Assembly (NCBI GenBank): GCA_041665625.1
Contig: JBAYIK010000001.1
Location: forward strand, 196,341-260,340
From: Minisyncoccota bacterium
GTDB taxonomy: Bacteria; Patescibacteriota; Minisyncoccia; Phycocordibacterales; XYD1-FULL-46-19
Length of the DNA stretch: 64,000 nucleotides
Direction of reading: 5' to 3'
Every line of letters begins with the position of its first letter. Positions within the stretch are counted from its first letter, which is position 1. Position numbers and translations under genes: made by a program. The notes beneath the pieces were generated by a model. That model was given only the letters and a program-made list of their open reading frames with translations, did no database searches and had not been told where the DNA came from. Shown here in pieces: positions 55,002 to 64,000 of the stretch.

Positions 55002-56891
55002 ATGAAAATAGTCACTGTTATCCCCCTAAAAAAAAATGTTTGGCGAGACAATTTGTCTTATTTTACGGCCCAAGATGCGCCTCTCGGTTCCCTAGCCACG
55101 GTGCCGGTGAGAGGACAACAGGTTTTAGCCCTAATTATCGACAGCCGTGAGGCAAGCGACCTAAAAAGCGAGCTCAAGAATGTCGACTGGCAACTCCGCA
55201 AAGTGACAAAGATAAGAAAAATAAACTACTTTGACGCCCAGTTTATGATGGCCGCCAACATCACCGCTGATTATTTTGCTACATCCACTGGCCCCGTTAT
55301 TAAAGCCACCATTCCTCAAGCCATTCTCGATGAGCTCCCTGAGGTCAAAGCAATAAAGGCCACCCCAACCGAAAAAATATTACCAGAAATCAACGCTGTC
55401 CAGGAACCAGAAGAGGAGCGACTCGCCCGTTACAAAAGTTTGATTCGCGAAGCTTTCGCCAAAAAACAATCAGTATACCTCTGTCTACCGACCAGCGCCG
55501 ACATCAATCGAATTATTGAACCGCTCAAAAAAGGAATTGAAAACTATGTCCTCGTCGGACACGGCACGCTCTCAAAAAAAGAACAAATTGATTTTTGGAA
55601 AAAAGCTCTTAGCACTGAGCACCCAATACTCGTTGTCGGCACTCCACTCTTCCTCTCTTTACCACGCGAAGACATAAGTACCATAATTATTGAGCACGAA
55701 AATTCTCCGGCCTACAAAATGATGGTTCGTCCCTTTATTGACTGGCGTTTCTTTATTGAAGAGCTTGTTAAACAAAAAGAAATAAGATTAATCTTAGGCG
55801 ACAGCGCTCTCCGTAGCGAAACAATATATCGTTTAGGGAAAAGTGAAGTAACAGCCCTCGGTTCGATCAAATATCGCTTTACCTCTAATGCCACCAACCA
55901 AATTATCCCCTTAACAAATGACAAGGATAAGACCAGTATCCTTGAAGCCACCAATGAGAGACTCAGAGAAAGAATTGAAAATGCTCTGGACAGTAACGAG
56001 AAAGTTTTTATTTATTCAGGGAGGAGAGGCCTTGCTCCCCTCACTATCTGTCGCGATTGTGGGACAGTAATGGCTTGCGATGTCTGTCACTTACCCCTGA
56101 CTATTCACCAGAACCCACGGCTCAAAGAAAGGGTCTTTATCTGTCACAAATGTGGTCAGGTCGTGGAGATTGAAGATGAGTGTAAAAACTGTAAAGGCCA
56201 ACGTCTCGCGATTATCGGCTTCGGTGTCGAAAAGATAGCGGAGGAACTGGCCACAAATTTCCCCAAAGCAACAATCTTTCGTCTTGATAGTGACAATGCC
56301 AAGACCAGTAAAAAAGCCGAAGAGATTATTCGTCAATTTAATAAGACACCTAATAGTATTTTGATCGGAACCGAAATGGCCCTTCACTATATAGACGGCC
56401 CAATAGATAACGTCTTCGCCGTAGGGCTTGATGCCTTCCTTGCTATGCCCGACTGGCGCGCTAGTGAAAAATTATTTTCCACTCTCATTAAGCTCAAACA
56501 ACTAACACGCAAACATTTTATTATCCAAACAAGACAGCCGGAAGAAAAAGTTTTTACTTATGTCACAGGAGGTAATCTTATCGACTTCTATCGTGACGAA
56601 ATTGCTGACCGTCAGGAGATGGGTTACCCACCCTTCAAAGTGCTTATTAAAATATCTTTGGCTGGGAGTTTGCCTGAAATTAGAAAGGAGATGTCCCGTT
56701 TAGAAAAAATGGTCGAAAAATGGCAGCCTCTTGGTTACCCCGATATCTCAAAAAACACCAAGGGTCTCCCGGTTTTAAATATCTTACTTCGTCTCCCCGC
56801 AAGCAATTGGCCCGATCCCGAATTATCAAAAATTCTCAAATCTCTCCCCCCCTCTTTCATCATTAACGTCGATCCCGAATCTGTGTTATAA
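55002..56891 (+). CDS. priA: primosomal protein N' (PriA)-like with degenerate helicase motifs
   Basis: N-terminal 3'-DNA-binding-like domain. Cys-rich Zn region 'CRDCG..CDVCH...CHKCG..CKNCKG'. Helicase C-terminus. No GxGKT Walker A. 'IIEHEN' replaces DEEHD. Confidence 0.75.
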   Translation: MKIVTVIPLKKNVWRDNLSYFTAQDAPLGSLATVPVRGQQVLALIIDSREASDLKSELKNVDWQLRKVTKIRKINYFDAQFMMAANITADYFATSTGPVIKATIPQAILDELPEVKAIKATPTEKILPEINAVQEPEEERLARYKSLIREAFAKKQSVYLCLPTSADINRIIEPLKKGIENYVLVGHGTLSKKEQIDFWKKALSTEHPILVVGTPLFLSLPREDISTIIIEHENSPAYKMMVRPFIDWRFFIEELVKQKEIRLILGDSALRSETIYRLGKSEVTALGSIKYRFTSNATNQIIPLTNDKDKTSILEATNERLRERIENALDSNEKVFIYSGRRGLAPLTICRDCGTVMACDVCHLPLTIHQNPRLKERVFICHKCGQVVEIEDECKNCKGQRLAIIGFGVEKIAEELATNFPKATIFRLDSDNAKTSKKAEEIIRQFNKTPNSILIGTEMALHYIDGPIDNVFAVGLDAFLAMPDWRASEKLFSTLIKLKQLTRKHFIIQTRQPEEKVFTYVTGGNLIDFYRDEIADRQEMGYPPFKVLIKISLAGSLPEIRKEMSRLEKMVEKWQPLGYPDISKNTKGLPVLNILLRLPASNWPDPELSKILKSLPPSFIINVDPESVL

Positions 56892-56898
56892 TAGGCCG

Positions 56899-57420
56899 AT
56901 GGTAAAAATTGTAACCAAAGACCATAAAGGGCTACATGAAAGGGCAAAGACAGTCCCGAAGGAACTTTTTGGTACCCCTGAACTTAAGAAAATTATTGCC
57001 GATATGAGTCTCGCTCTCTCTAAAGAGGATGACGGGGTGGCCCTAGCCGCGCCTCAGATTGCCGTGCCTCTTAGAATTTTTATCGTCGCCGGTAAGATTC
57101 TAACACCAGAAGATGAGGAGAAAATTTACCCAGACTTAGTCTTTATTAATCCGATTATAACCAAGCTATCTAGAACAAAAGAAGAGATGGATGAGGGCTG
57201 TCTCTCGGTGCGTTGGTACTTCGGTCAAGTGAAGCGCTCAAGCAAGGCAACGGTTGAAGCTTATGATATTAATGGTAAAAAATTCTCTCGTTCAGGCTCT
57301 GGCGTCATTGCCCAAATCTTCCAACACGAGACCGATCACTTAGACGGAGTGCTCTTTATTGAAAAAGCCAAGAACCTAAGGGAATATACCCCGGAAGGAA
57401 AACAAAAAGAAAAAGCCTAG
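56899..57420 (+). CDS. def: peptide deformylase
   Basis: 'GVALAAPQI', 'EGCLS', 'HETDHL'. Confidence 0.9.
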   Translation: MVKIVTKDHKGLHERAKTVPKELFGTPELKKIIADMSLALSKEDDGVALAAPQIAVPLRIFIVAGKILTPEDEEKIYPDLVFINPIITKLSRTKEEMDEGCLSVRWYFGQVKRSSKATVEAYDINGKKFSRSGSGVIAQIFQHETDHLDGVLFIEKAKNLREYTPEGKQKEKA

Positions 57421-57863
57421 GCTCGAGAAATTAATTGATCACCTTCGTCCCACCAACGACCAAAACCGGTCGAAGGGTTTTTATCAAGAGATAACCTCCA
57501 GCCCATCCCGCCCCACCATAGACGAACAACGCAACCAGCGACCATAAAGAAGTTGGGTTCAGTAGTCAGGAGAAAACCTTCTTCTCCGTTCGGTTGTTGC
57601 TCCAGTAAAAACTTGATGTCAGCCAAGCTCGAGTCTCCTTCTCCATCAAGAAAAAAAGTCTCTTTCTGCCCTAAGGCTCGTGCGCCTAGGCGACGAGGGC
57701 CTTCGACCCCAACCGTCCCCCACATCTTTTTTAAATCAGAGTCAACGGAGCTAAAACGAATATCGTTAGAATTAACATTAAAAAAATCTGACACCTCGAA
57801 GGCTTCTGTTACTGGTAAATCGATTTGCTTGCCAGGGGAACTTTCTTTAGTTGGATCTTCCAT
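57417..57863 (-). CDS. hypothetical protein
   Basis: 148 aa, Trp/Gly-rich C-terminus. Confidence 0.45.
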   Translation of the reverse strand: MEDPTKESSPGKQIDLPVTEAFEVSDFFNVNSNDIRFSSVDSDLKKMWGTVGVEGPRRLGARALGQKETFFLDGEGDSSLADIKFLLEQQPNGEEGFLLTTEPNFFMVAGCVVRLWWGGMGWRLSLDKNPSTGFGRWWDEGDQLISRA

Positions 57864-57924
57864 TGACTTAATAATATTACAGGCGTATTTACTTGTCTAG
57901 CCGTTTCTTGCTAAACTTCTTAAT

Positions 57925-58767
57925 ATGAAATTTGCTTTCTTTGGAACAGACGAGTTCAGTGTTAGGGCTTTAGATAATCTTAAAAAAGAGGGGCTTTTAG
58001 CTTCCCTCATTGTTACCGTGCCCGATCAACCGAAGGGGAGAAAAAGGGTGATGACTTCCCCATTGGCCAAGACCTGGGCAGAAGAAAATGACATCCCCTT
58101 TATTCAGCCGGCGAGCTTGAAGGGACTAAATTTTCCTGAAGAAAAATTTGATTTCTTTTTAGTCGCGTCTTATGGCAAGATAATCCCACAAGAAATTTTA
58201 AATATTCCAACTCATGGCACTCTTAATATCCATCCGTCACTTCTTCCTAAATATCGTGGGCCTTCACCCCTAGAAACTGCCATTCTAAATGGTGATGAAG
58301 AAACAGGCGTCGCCATTATGTTAGTTGACGCTCTCATGGACCACGGGCCAATTATTGCCATGGAAAAAATTGAATTAGCTGATAAATATAATTTTGAACA
58401 ACTAAGAGACAAATTATCTGATGTCGGAACAGAGTTATTAATTAAGATTTTGCCAGATTATTTAGCTGGCAAAATTAGTCCTGAGCCCCAAGATCACGAG
58501 CAAGCAACCGTCACAAAAAAATTTACCAAGGAAGATGGTTTCTTAGACCAGCAAGCTCCGGCTCTTTCCCGCTTCCGTCAAATTCTCGCTTTTAATCCTT
58601 GGCCCGGCACTTATTTTGATTACCCCGGGCCGGCCGGTAAAATTCGTCTTATAGTAAAACAAGCTCACCTCGAGGAGGATAAGCTTGTCTACGATCGTGT
58701 TGTCCCAGAAGGGCGCAAAGAGATGGATTGGAAATCTTTCCTAAACGGACTACACGCGGCGGAATAG
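57925..58767 (+). CDS. fmt: methionyl-tRNA formyltransferase
   Basis: 'NIHPSLLPKYRG' formyltransferase motif. Confidence 0.85.
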   Translation: MKFAFFGTDEFSVRALDNLKKEGLLASLIVTVPDQPKGRKRVMTSPLAKTWAEENDIPFIQPASLKGLNFPEEKFDFFLVASYGKIIPQEILNIPTHGTLNIHPSLLPKYRGPSPLETAILNGDEETGVAIMLVDALMDHGPIIAMEKIELADKYNFEQLRDKLSDVGTELLIKILPDYLAGKISPEPQDHEQATVTKKFTKEDGFLDQQAPALSRFRQILAFNPWPGTYFDYPGPAGKIRLIVKQAHLEEDKLVYDRVVPEGRKEMDWKSFLNGLHAAE

Positions 58768-59106
58768 ATTCTTGATAGCGCGAGAACCACGCTTGAACAA
58801 AGTATTTTTCTTTTTTTCTGAAGTACTAATATCCTCAGCCAGGCCATCTTTGACCTTATCAATAGCAGCATAGAGATCATCTTTTTCTTCAACGTGACGA
58901 ATAATCTTACCCGCCGTGTGAAGATTAATCTCACCAAAGAACCATTCACCAGTCTTGTGATGATTGGTTCTCTTTCCAATTTCTACATCAGCATAAGCCG
59001 CCGGGTCATTGATTAGTAATTTGTCGAGCATGGCCACCTTATCATTAACATAGGAGCTGAGCGCCGGAGTAAGTTCTATCCCAGAAGCTTTTATATTGAT
59101 TCTCAT
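58750..59106 (-). CDS. hpf: ribosome hibernation promoting factor (RaiA/HPF short form)
   Basis: 'MRINIKASGIELTPAL..YV'. Confidence 0.8.
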   Translation of the reverse strand: MRINIKASGIELTPALSSYVNDKVAMLDKLLINDPAAYADVEIGKRTNHHKTGEWFFGEINLHTAGKIIRHVEEKDDLYAAIDKVKDGLAEDISTSEKKKNTLFKRGSRAIKNLFRRV

Positions 59107-59192
59107 ATTAATTTATTGTTAATAATTAATAATGGGGGCCTTTTATACCCCCATTATATCATACAATTAGAAGTGGCAAATATAATAAGTCT

Positions 59193-60626
59193 CTAGATGG
59201 TTTCAGCAAGAATGGTATTGGTTGTGCCACCAGTGCCCAACGGTAAGCCAGCCACAATAATAACCTTATCCCCTTTTTTAACCAGTTTTTTGCCTAAGAG
59301 CATACCCTTAGACTCTTCGACCACCTGAGAAAGTGAAACAAAATTTTTATCGAGTAGCGGGTAACAACCAAAAGACAAGGCCATTTGATTATAAGTTTTC
59401 TCGTTCGGAGTGAAAATGACCAGGGGTTTCTTAGGCTTAAGGCGTGAGATCATTCGAGCGGTATAACCCGAAGCTGATAAGACAACGATGGCACTAGCCT
59501 CAATATTGCGACCGACATTTATCGCCGCCTGAGAGATAGCATCCGTAACACTACTCTTAAGGCAAACATTACTTGAGCAGACATTAGCCAGATAAACATC
59601 ATGGTCAAGATGTTTCTCAGTCTGGATTGCCACACGAGACATCACATCAACAGCTTCTACGGGGTGTTTGCCAAGAGTGGTCTCTTCAGAAAGCATCACC
59701 GCGTCAGTACCATCAAAAATAGCATTGGCCACATCATTAACCTCCGCCCGAGTCGGAGTTGCGGAACTAATCATTGATTCCAACATTTGCGTTGCAGTAA
59801 TAACAGGCAAGCCCAAACGGTTACATTTCTTAATAATCGTCTTCTGTGCAAAAGGTACTTGCTCCGCGGGAATCTCAATGGCTAGGTCACCGCGGGCGAC
59901 CATAACACCATCCGAAACAGCAAGAATGGCGTCTAAGTTATCAATGGCTTCTTCGGTTTCTATTTTGGAAATAATTTTGATATCTTCGGCCCCCTTCTGT
60001 TTAAGAATTTCTCGCAATTCGATAACATCTTCAGGACGACGGACAAAAGAAAGAGCCATAAAATCTACTTTTTTCTCGATACCAAATTCTAGATCTTTCT
60101 TATCTTTATCAGTTAGAGACGAAAGGGAAAGGTAGGCACCAGGGACATTAACTCCTCGACGACCCTTAGTCTCACCACCAATAATAATCTGACAATAGAT
60201 ATCATTACCAAGAACCTTCTTCACTTCAAGTTTCTTCTTACCATCGTCAAGAAAAATAATATTGCCCGCTTTAACTTCTTTAGGCAAATTAGCATAAGAG
60301 ACCCAAGCCTTGTGTTCATCTCCAACAACAGCTTCAGTGGTGGTTAAAACAAATTCCTCACCCGGGACCAAGGTCACTCGCTCTTGGTAAAAATCACCAA
60401 TACGAATTTTGGGGCCACAGAGATCTTGCAAAATGGCCACGGGGGTATCTAGTCGAGCCGAGATAGACCTAGCCCGCGTCACCCGGACGCCGTGCTCGGC
60501 AAAATCTCCATGAGAAAAATTAAGACGAATGACATTAACCCCGTGTTTAATTAAACGCTCAAGGGTTTTCTCATCTTCAGAGACCGGCCCAATCGTCGCG
60601 ACTATTTTAGTTTTCTTTGTATACAT
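59193..60626 (-). CDS. pyk: pyruvate kinase
   Basis: 'KIVATIGP', 'MVARGDLAIE'. Confidence 0.9.
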   Translation of the reverse strand: MYTKKTKIVATIGPVSEDEKTLERLIKHGVNVIRLNFSHGDFAEHGVRVTRARSISARLDTPVAILQDLCGPKIRIGDFYQERVTLVPGEEFVLTTTEAVVGDEHKAWVSYANLPKEVKAGNIIFLDDGKKKLEVKKVLGNDIYCQIIIGGETKGRRGVNVPGAYLSLSSLTDKDKKDLEFGIEKKVDFMALSFVRRPEDVIELREILKQKGAEDIKIISKIETEEAIDNLDAILAVSDGVMVARGDLAIEIPAEQVPFAQKTIIKKCNRLGLPVITATQMLESMISSATPTRAEVNDVANAIFDGTDAVMLSEETTLGKHPVEAVDVMSRVAIQTEKHLDHDVYLANVCSSNVCLKSSVTDAISQAAINVGRNIEASAIVVLSASGYTARMISRLKPKKPLVIFTPNEKTYNQMALSFGCYPLLDKNFVSLSQVVEESKGMLLGKKLVKKGDKVIIVAGLPLGTGGTTNTILAETI

Positions 60627-60693
60627 ATTTTTTAAATTATAAGAGGTGAAGCTCCCCTTTTGAGAAGCCCCACCTCTTAGACTATTTGATTAC

Positions 60694-61464
60694 TTACTTA
60701 ATACCGTAACGTAAAACGACTGAGGCTGTCAAATCTTGAGACCCGGGCTCTATGGCCGGGGCTGGAGCTGAGACACTCTTCATCATGGCAATATCCGCAC
60801 CGCCACCAATACCATAAGGCATAGGCTGATAAGAATTACCGTTATCCTCGATCGAGAGTAATTCCCCTAAACGGAAACCAGCAGTCGAAGCCAGAGCCTT
60901 AGCCTTAAGCTGAGCCTTCTTAACGGCTTCGCCCTTCACTTGACCCAAGAGACTATCCATATCGTCGAAGGTAAAACTTAATTGAGAGACAGTATTGGCT
61001 CCAGCCGCCACCACTCCCTGTAGAACTTTACCAATAACCTTAAAATCACGGATCTTAACTGTCGCGTTCTGTCTGACAGTATAGCCAACTATCGCTGGTG
61101 GTGGGCAGACCATATTCCCAGTGCAAGAAGAATATTGATAACGTGGCTCTAAGCTATAACCGGTAGTCTTAATATCTTTGGCCTCAATTTTTTGGCCTTT
61201 TAGATAATCAATAATTTTATTCATCTTGGTCGTATTCTGTTCTTGTAGTTTGGCAACGTCAGTCCCCCCTTCGGTGACAACACCAAGATCAACAGTGGCA
61301 ATATCAGGAACGGCATTAACTTTAGCCTCACCGGTAACACTAAAACTTCGGAGCATCATTGAGTCAGCATAAGTTTGTGAATAAGAATAAGCTGAGTAAG
61401 ACAAAATTAGCACCGCGACAATCAACACCCCATAAAACACATTCTTTGTTTTTATATTATCCAT
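60694..61464 (-). CDS. SIMPL-domain (DUF541) periplasmic protein
   Basis: N-terminal TM plus SIMPL fold signature. Confidence 0.65.
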   Translation of the reverse strand: MDNIKTKNVFYGVLIVAVLILSYSAYSYSQTYADSMMLRSFSVTGEAKVNAVPDIATVDLGVVTEGGTDVAKLQEQNTTKMNKIIDYLKGQKIEAKDIKTTGYSLEPRYQYSSCTGNMVCPPPAIVGYTVRQNATVKIRDFKVIGKVLQGVVAAGANTVSQLSFTFDDMDSLLGQVKGEAVKKAQLKAKALASTAGFRLGELLSIEDNGNSYQPMPYGIGGGADIAMMKSVSAPAPAIEPGSQDLTASVVLRYGIK

Positions 61465-61512
61465 ATTTTTTTATTTTTAAGAATAAATATTAATTAATAA
61501 TTGACTTTATTA

Positions 61513-62373
61513 TTATAGGACAATTCGGAGGACGAGGGCAAGAAACAAAGCCAGAACCTTCAACCACCAATTCCGAGCCAAAAAGACGCGCCAAAAATGA
61601 GAAAATTCTGGTTCTTGAGCTACACTGATAAATTTACTAATCTGCTCTTCTAGTAAATGGATATTATCAATTTTTTTTAATTCACCACGACTAGCGACAG
61701 AAATTTCGCCACGCTCTTCGGAAACAACAATGACAAGAGCGTCCGTCCTTTGCGTAATTCCCACAGCCGCACGATGTCTTGTCCCAGTTTTTTCGAAACC
61801 AGAAAAATTATCGGCCAGAGGCAAATGAACGCCAAACTTCTTCACTCGATTATTATCGATAATCATGGCTCCATCATGCCCCGGACTAGTTGGATCAAAA
61901 ATTGAAAGAATGAGAGGTAAAGAAACCCGTCCCTCAAGAACGAAACCTCCCTCAACAATACCCTCTAGTGGTAATTCTCCAGGCAAGACAATCAATGCCC
62001 CGATTTTCTTAGCCGCCATTTCTTGGGCCGCTTTAATAATAGAGAAAGAGACATCATTTGAAATTGTTCTTTGCCGACGGTGAGTCAAGCGACGAGTGGA
62101 AATAAAAATCCAGTCAAAGAAGCGCCGAAGTTCTCGTTGGAATATGACGACAAAGACAAGAAGGAAAACTGTTGATAGGATTTGGAATATCTCTCGGGTT
62201 AAAGTTAAGGATAATGTTCGCGCAAAATAAATAATTAAGAGATAAATCGCTGCCCCATAAGCCACAACAAAAGACTTAGACTGCTTAATGAAGACCAGAA
62301 TGAAATAAATCAGCAAGGCAACAAGCAAAACATCAATAATATCTTTAGATTGGAAAAGTGTTAAATATGACAT
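61513..62373 (-). CDS. cdaA: diadenylate cyclase CdaA
   Basis: 3 TM plus DAC domain: 'DGAMII', 'TGTRHRAAVGIT', 'VVSEERGEISV'. Confidence 0.85.
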   Translation of the reverse strand: MSYLTLFQSKDIIDVLLVALLIYFILVFIKQSKSFVVAYGAAIYLLIIYFARTLSLTLTREIFQILSTVFLLVFVVIFQRELRRFFDWIFISTRRLTHRRQRTISNDVSFSIIKAAQEMAAKKIGALIVLPGELPLEGIVEGGFVLEGRVSLPLILSIFDPTSPGHDGAMIIDNNRVKKFGVHLPLADNFSGFEKTGTRHRAAVGITQRTDALVIVVSEERGEISVASRGELKKIDNIHLLEEQISKFISVAQEPEFSHFWRVFLARNWWLKVLALFLALVLRIVL

Positions 62374-62476
62374 AATGAAGACAAATAAGACCTAAGGGCT
62401 CTTGCCCTTAGCATCAATTTAGATGTGTAATACTGGTAATTATAGCAAATTTGTCTCCTTGGGGCAAATCAGTTAA

Positions 62477-63781
<1,305 letters not shown>

Positions 63782-63803
63782 GCTTAATCAAATTCAAAAA
63801 CTC

Positions 63804-63852
63804 AAAAGCCCTTATCTTGCGAAGTCCAACTTCGATAAATAAGGGCTTTTGG
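63804..63852. terminator. bidirectional-shaped intrinsic terminator
   Basis: AAAAGCCCTTAT..ATAAGGGCTTTT with an inner GCGAAGT/ACTTCG helix, between convergent genes. Confidence 0.6.
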
Positions 63853-63878
63853 GTTACTTTATCAACAATTTTACAGGC

Positions 63879-64000
63879 TTAAGCTTTTTTGCCTTGATTG
63901 GCGACTTTGTCGAGGGCCGCTTGGAGAGCAGCGGGGTCGGCGAGGAAGTAGCGATTGATTGGTTTGAGATTATCGTCTAATTCGTAGACCATTGGGATGC
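63879..64000 (-). CDS. 3' end of an unidentified gene (5' part outside window)
   Basis: Open frame '...MVYELDDNLKPINRYFLADPAALQAALDKVANQGKKA*' reaching the window edge. Confidence 0.3.
   Translation of the reverse strand, partial: IPMVYELDDNLKPINRYFLADPAALQAALDKVANQGKKA

Overview
This window is an AT-rich bacterial chromosome segment. Its gene content (dcw fragment mraZ-rsmH-ftsL-ftsI-murF, mreBCD-mrdA, many small hypothetical genes, frequent leaderless TATAAT promoters) looks like a small-genome, possibly CPR/Patescibacteria-like organism; that assignment is inference. Housekeeping genes I recognise are cysS, dnaB, recR, rplU, rmuC, lysS, greA, proS, rseP, frr, holB-like, murA, priA, def, fmt, hpf, pyk, cdaA and eno. 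One tRNA is present, tRNA-Glu(CUC) on the minus strand, and a partial copy of its 3' end lies 87 bp downstream. The window contains an accessory island (about 11.2-20.4 kb) with no integrase or transposase. It carries an ArsR-like regulator and three copies of a 34-bp palindromic repeat at gene boundaries. It also carries an HTH-Panacea antitoxin-like gene overlapping a small putative toxin, and a SEC-C protein with a possible PD-(D/E)xK signature. A Sau3AI/MutH-family (GATC-type) restriction enzyme sits beside a C5-cytosine methyltransferase, followed by RadC. Scattered through the AT-rich backbone are GC-rich islets (GC judged by eye). Four of them encode a paralogous family of small proteins (starting at 8150, 11188, 25994 and 27862), each ending in a strong GC-rich intrinsic terminator. 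A Kef/CPA2 antiporter is also GC-rich. A GC-rich block around 31.9-33.1 kb flanks the tRNA and abuts the open upstream frame of a TolB-like gene. The most striking non-coding feature is a C-rich transcript candidate of about 236 nt (10121-10356). It has a near-consensus promoter, a strong terminator, hairpins and three 'CCUCCCCCUCC' motifs. It does not match tmRNA, RNase P, SRP or 6S RNA, and may be a novel regulatory RNA. Other notable points are a structured dnaB leader containing a 26-codon uORF and a PriA that lacks Walker A and DExH.
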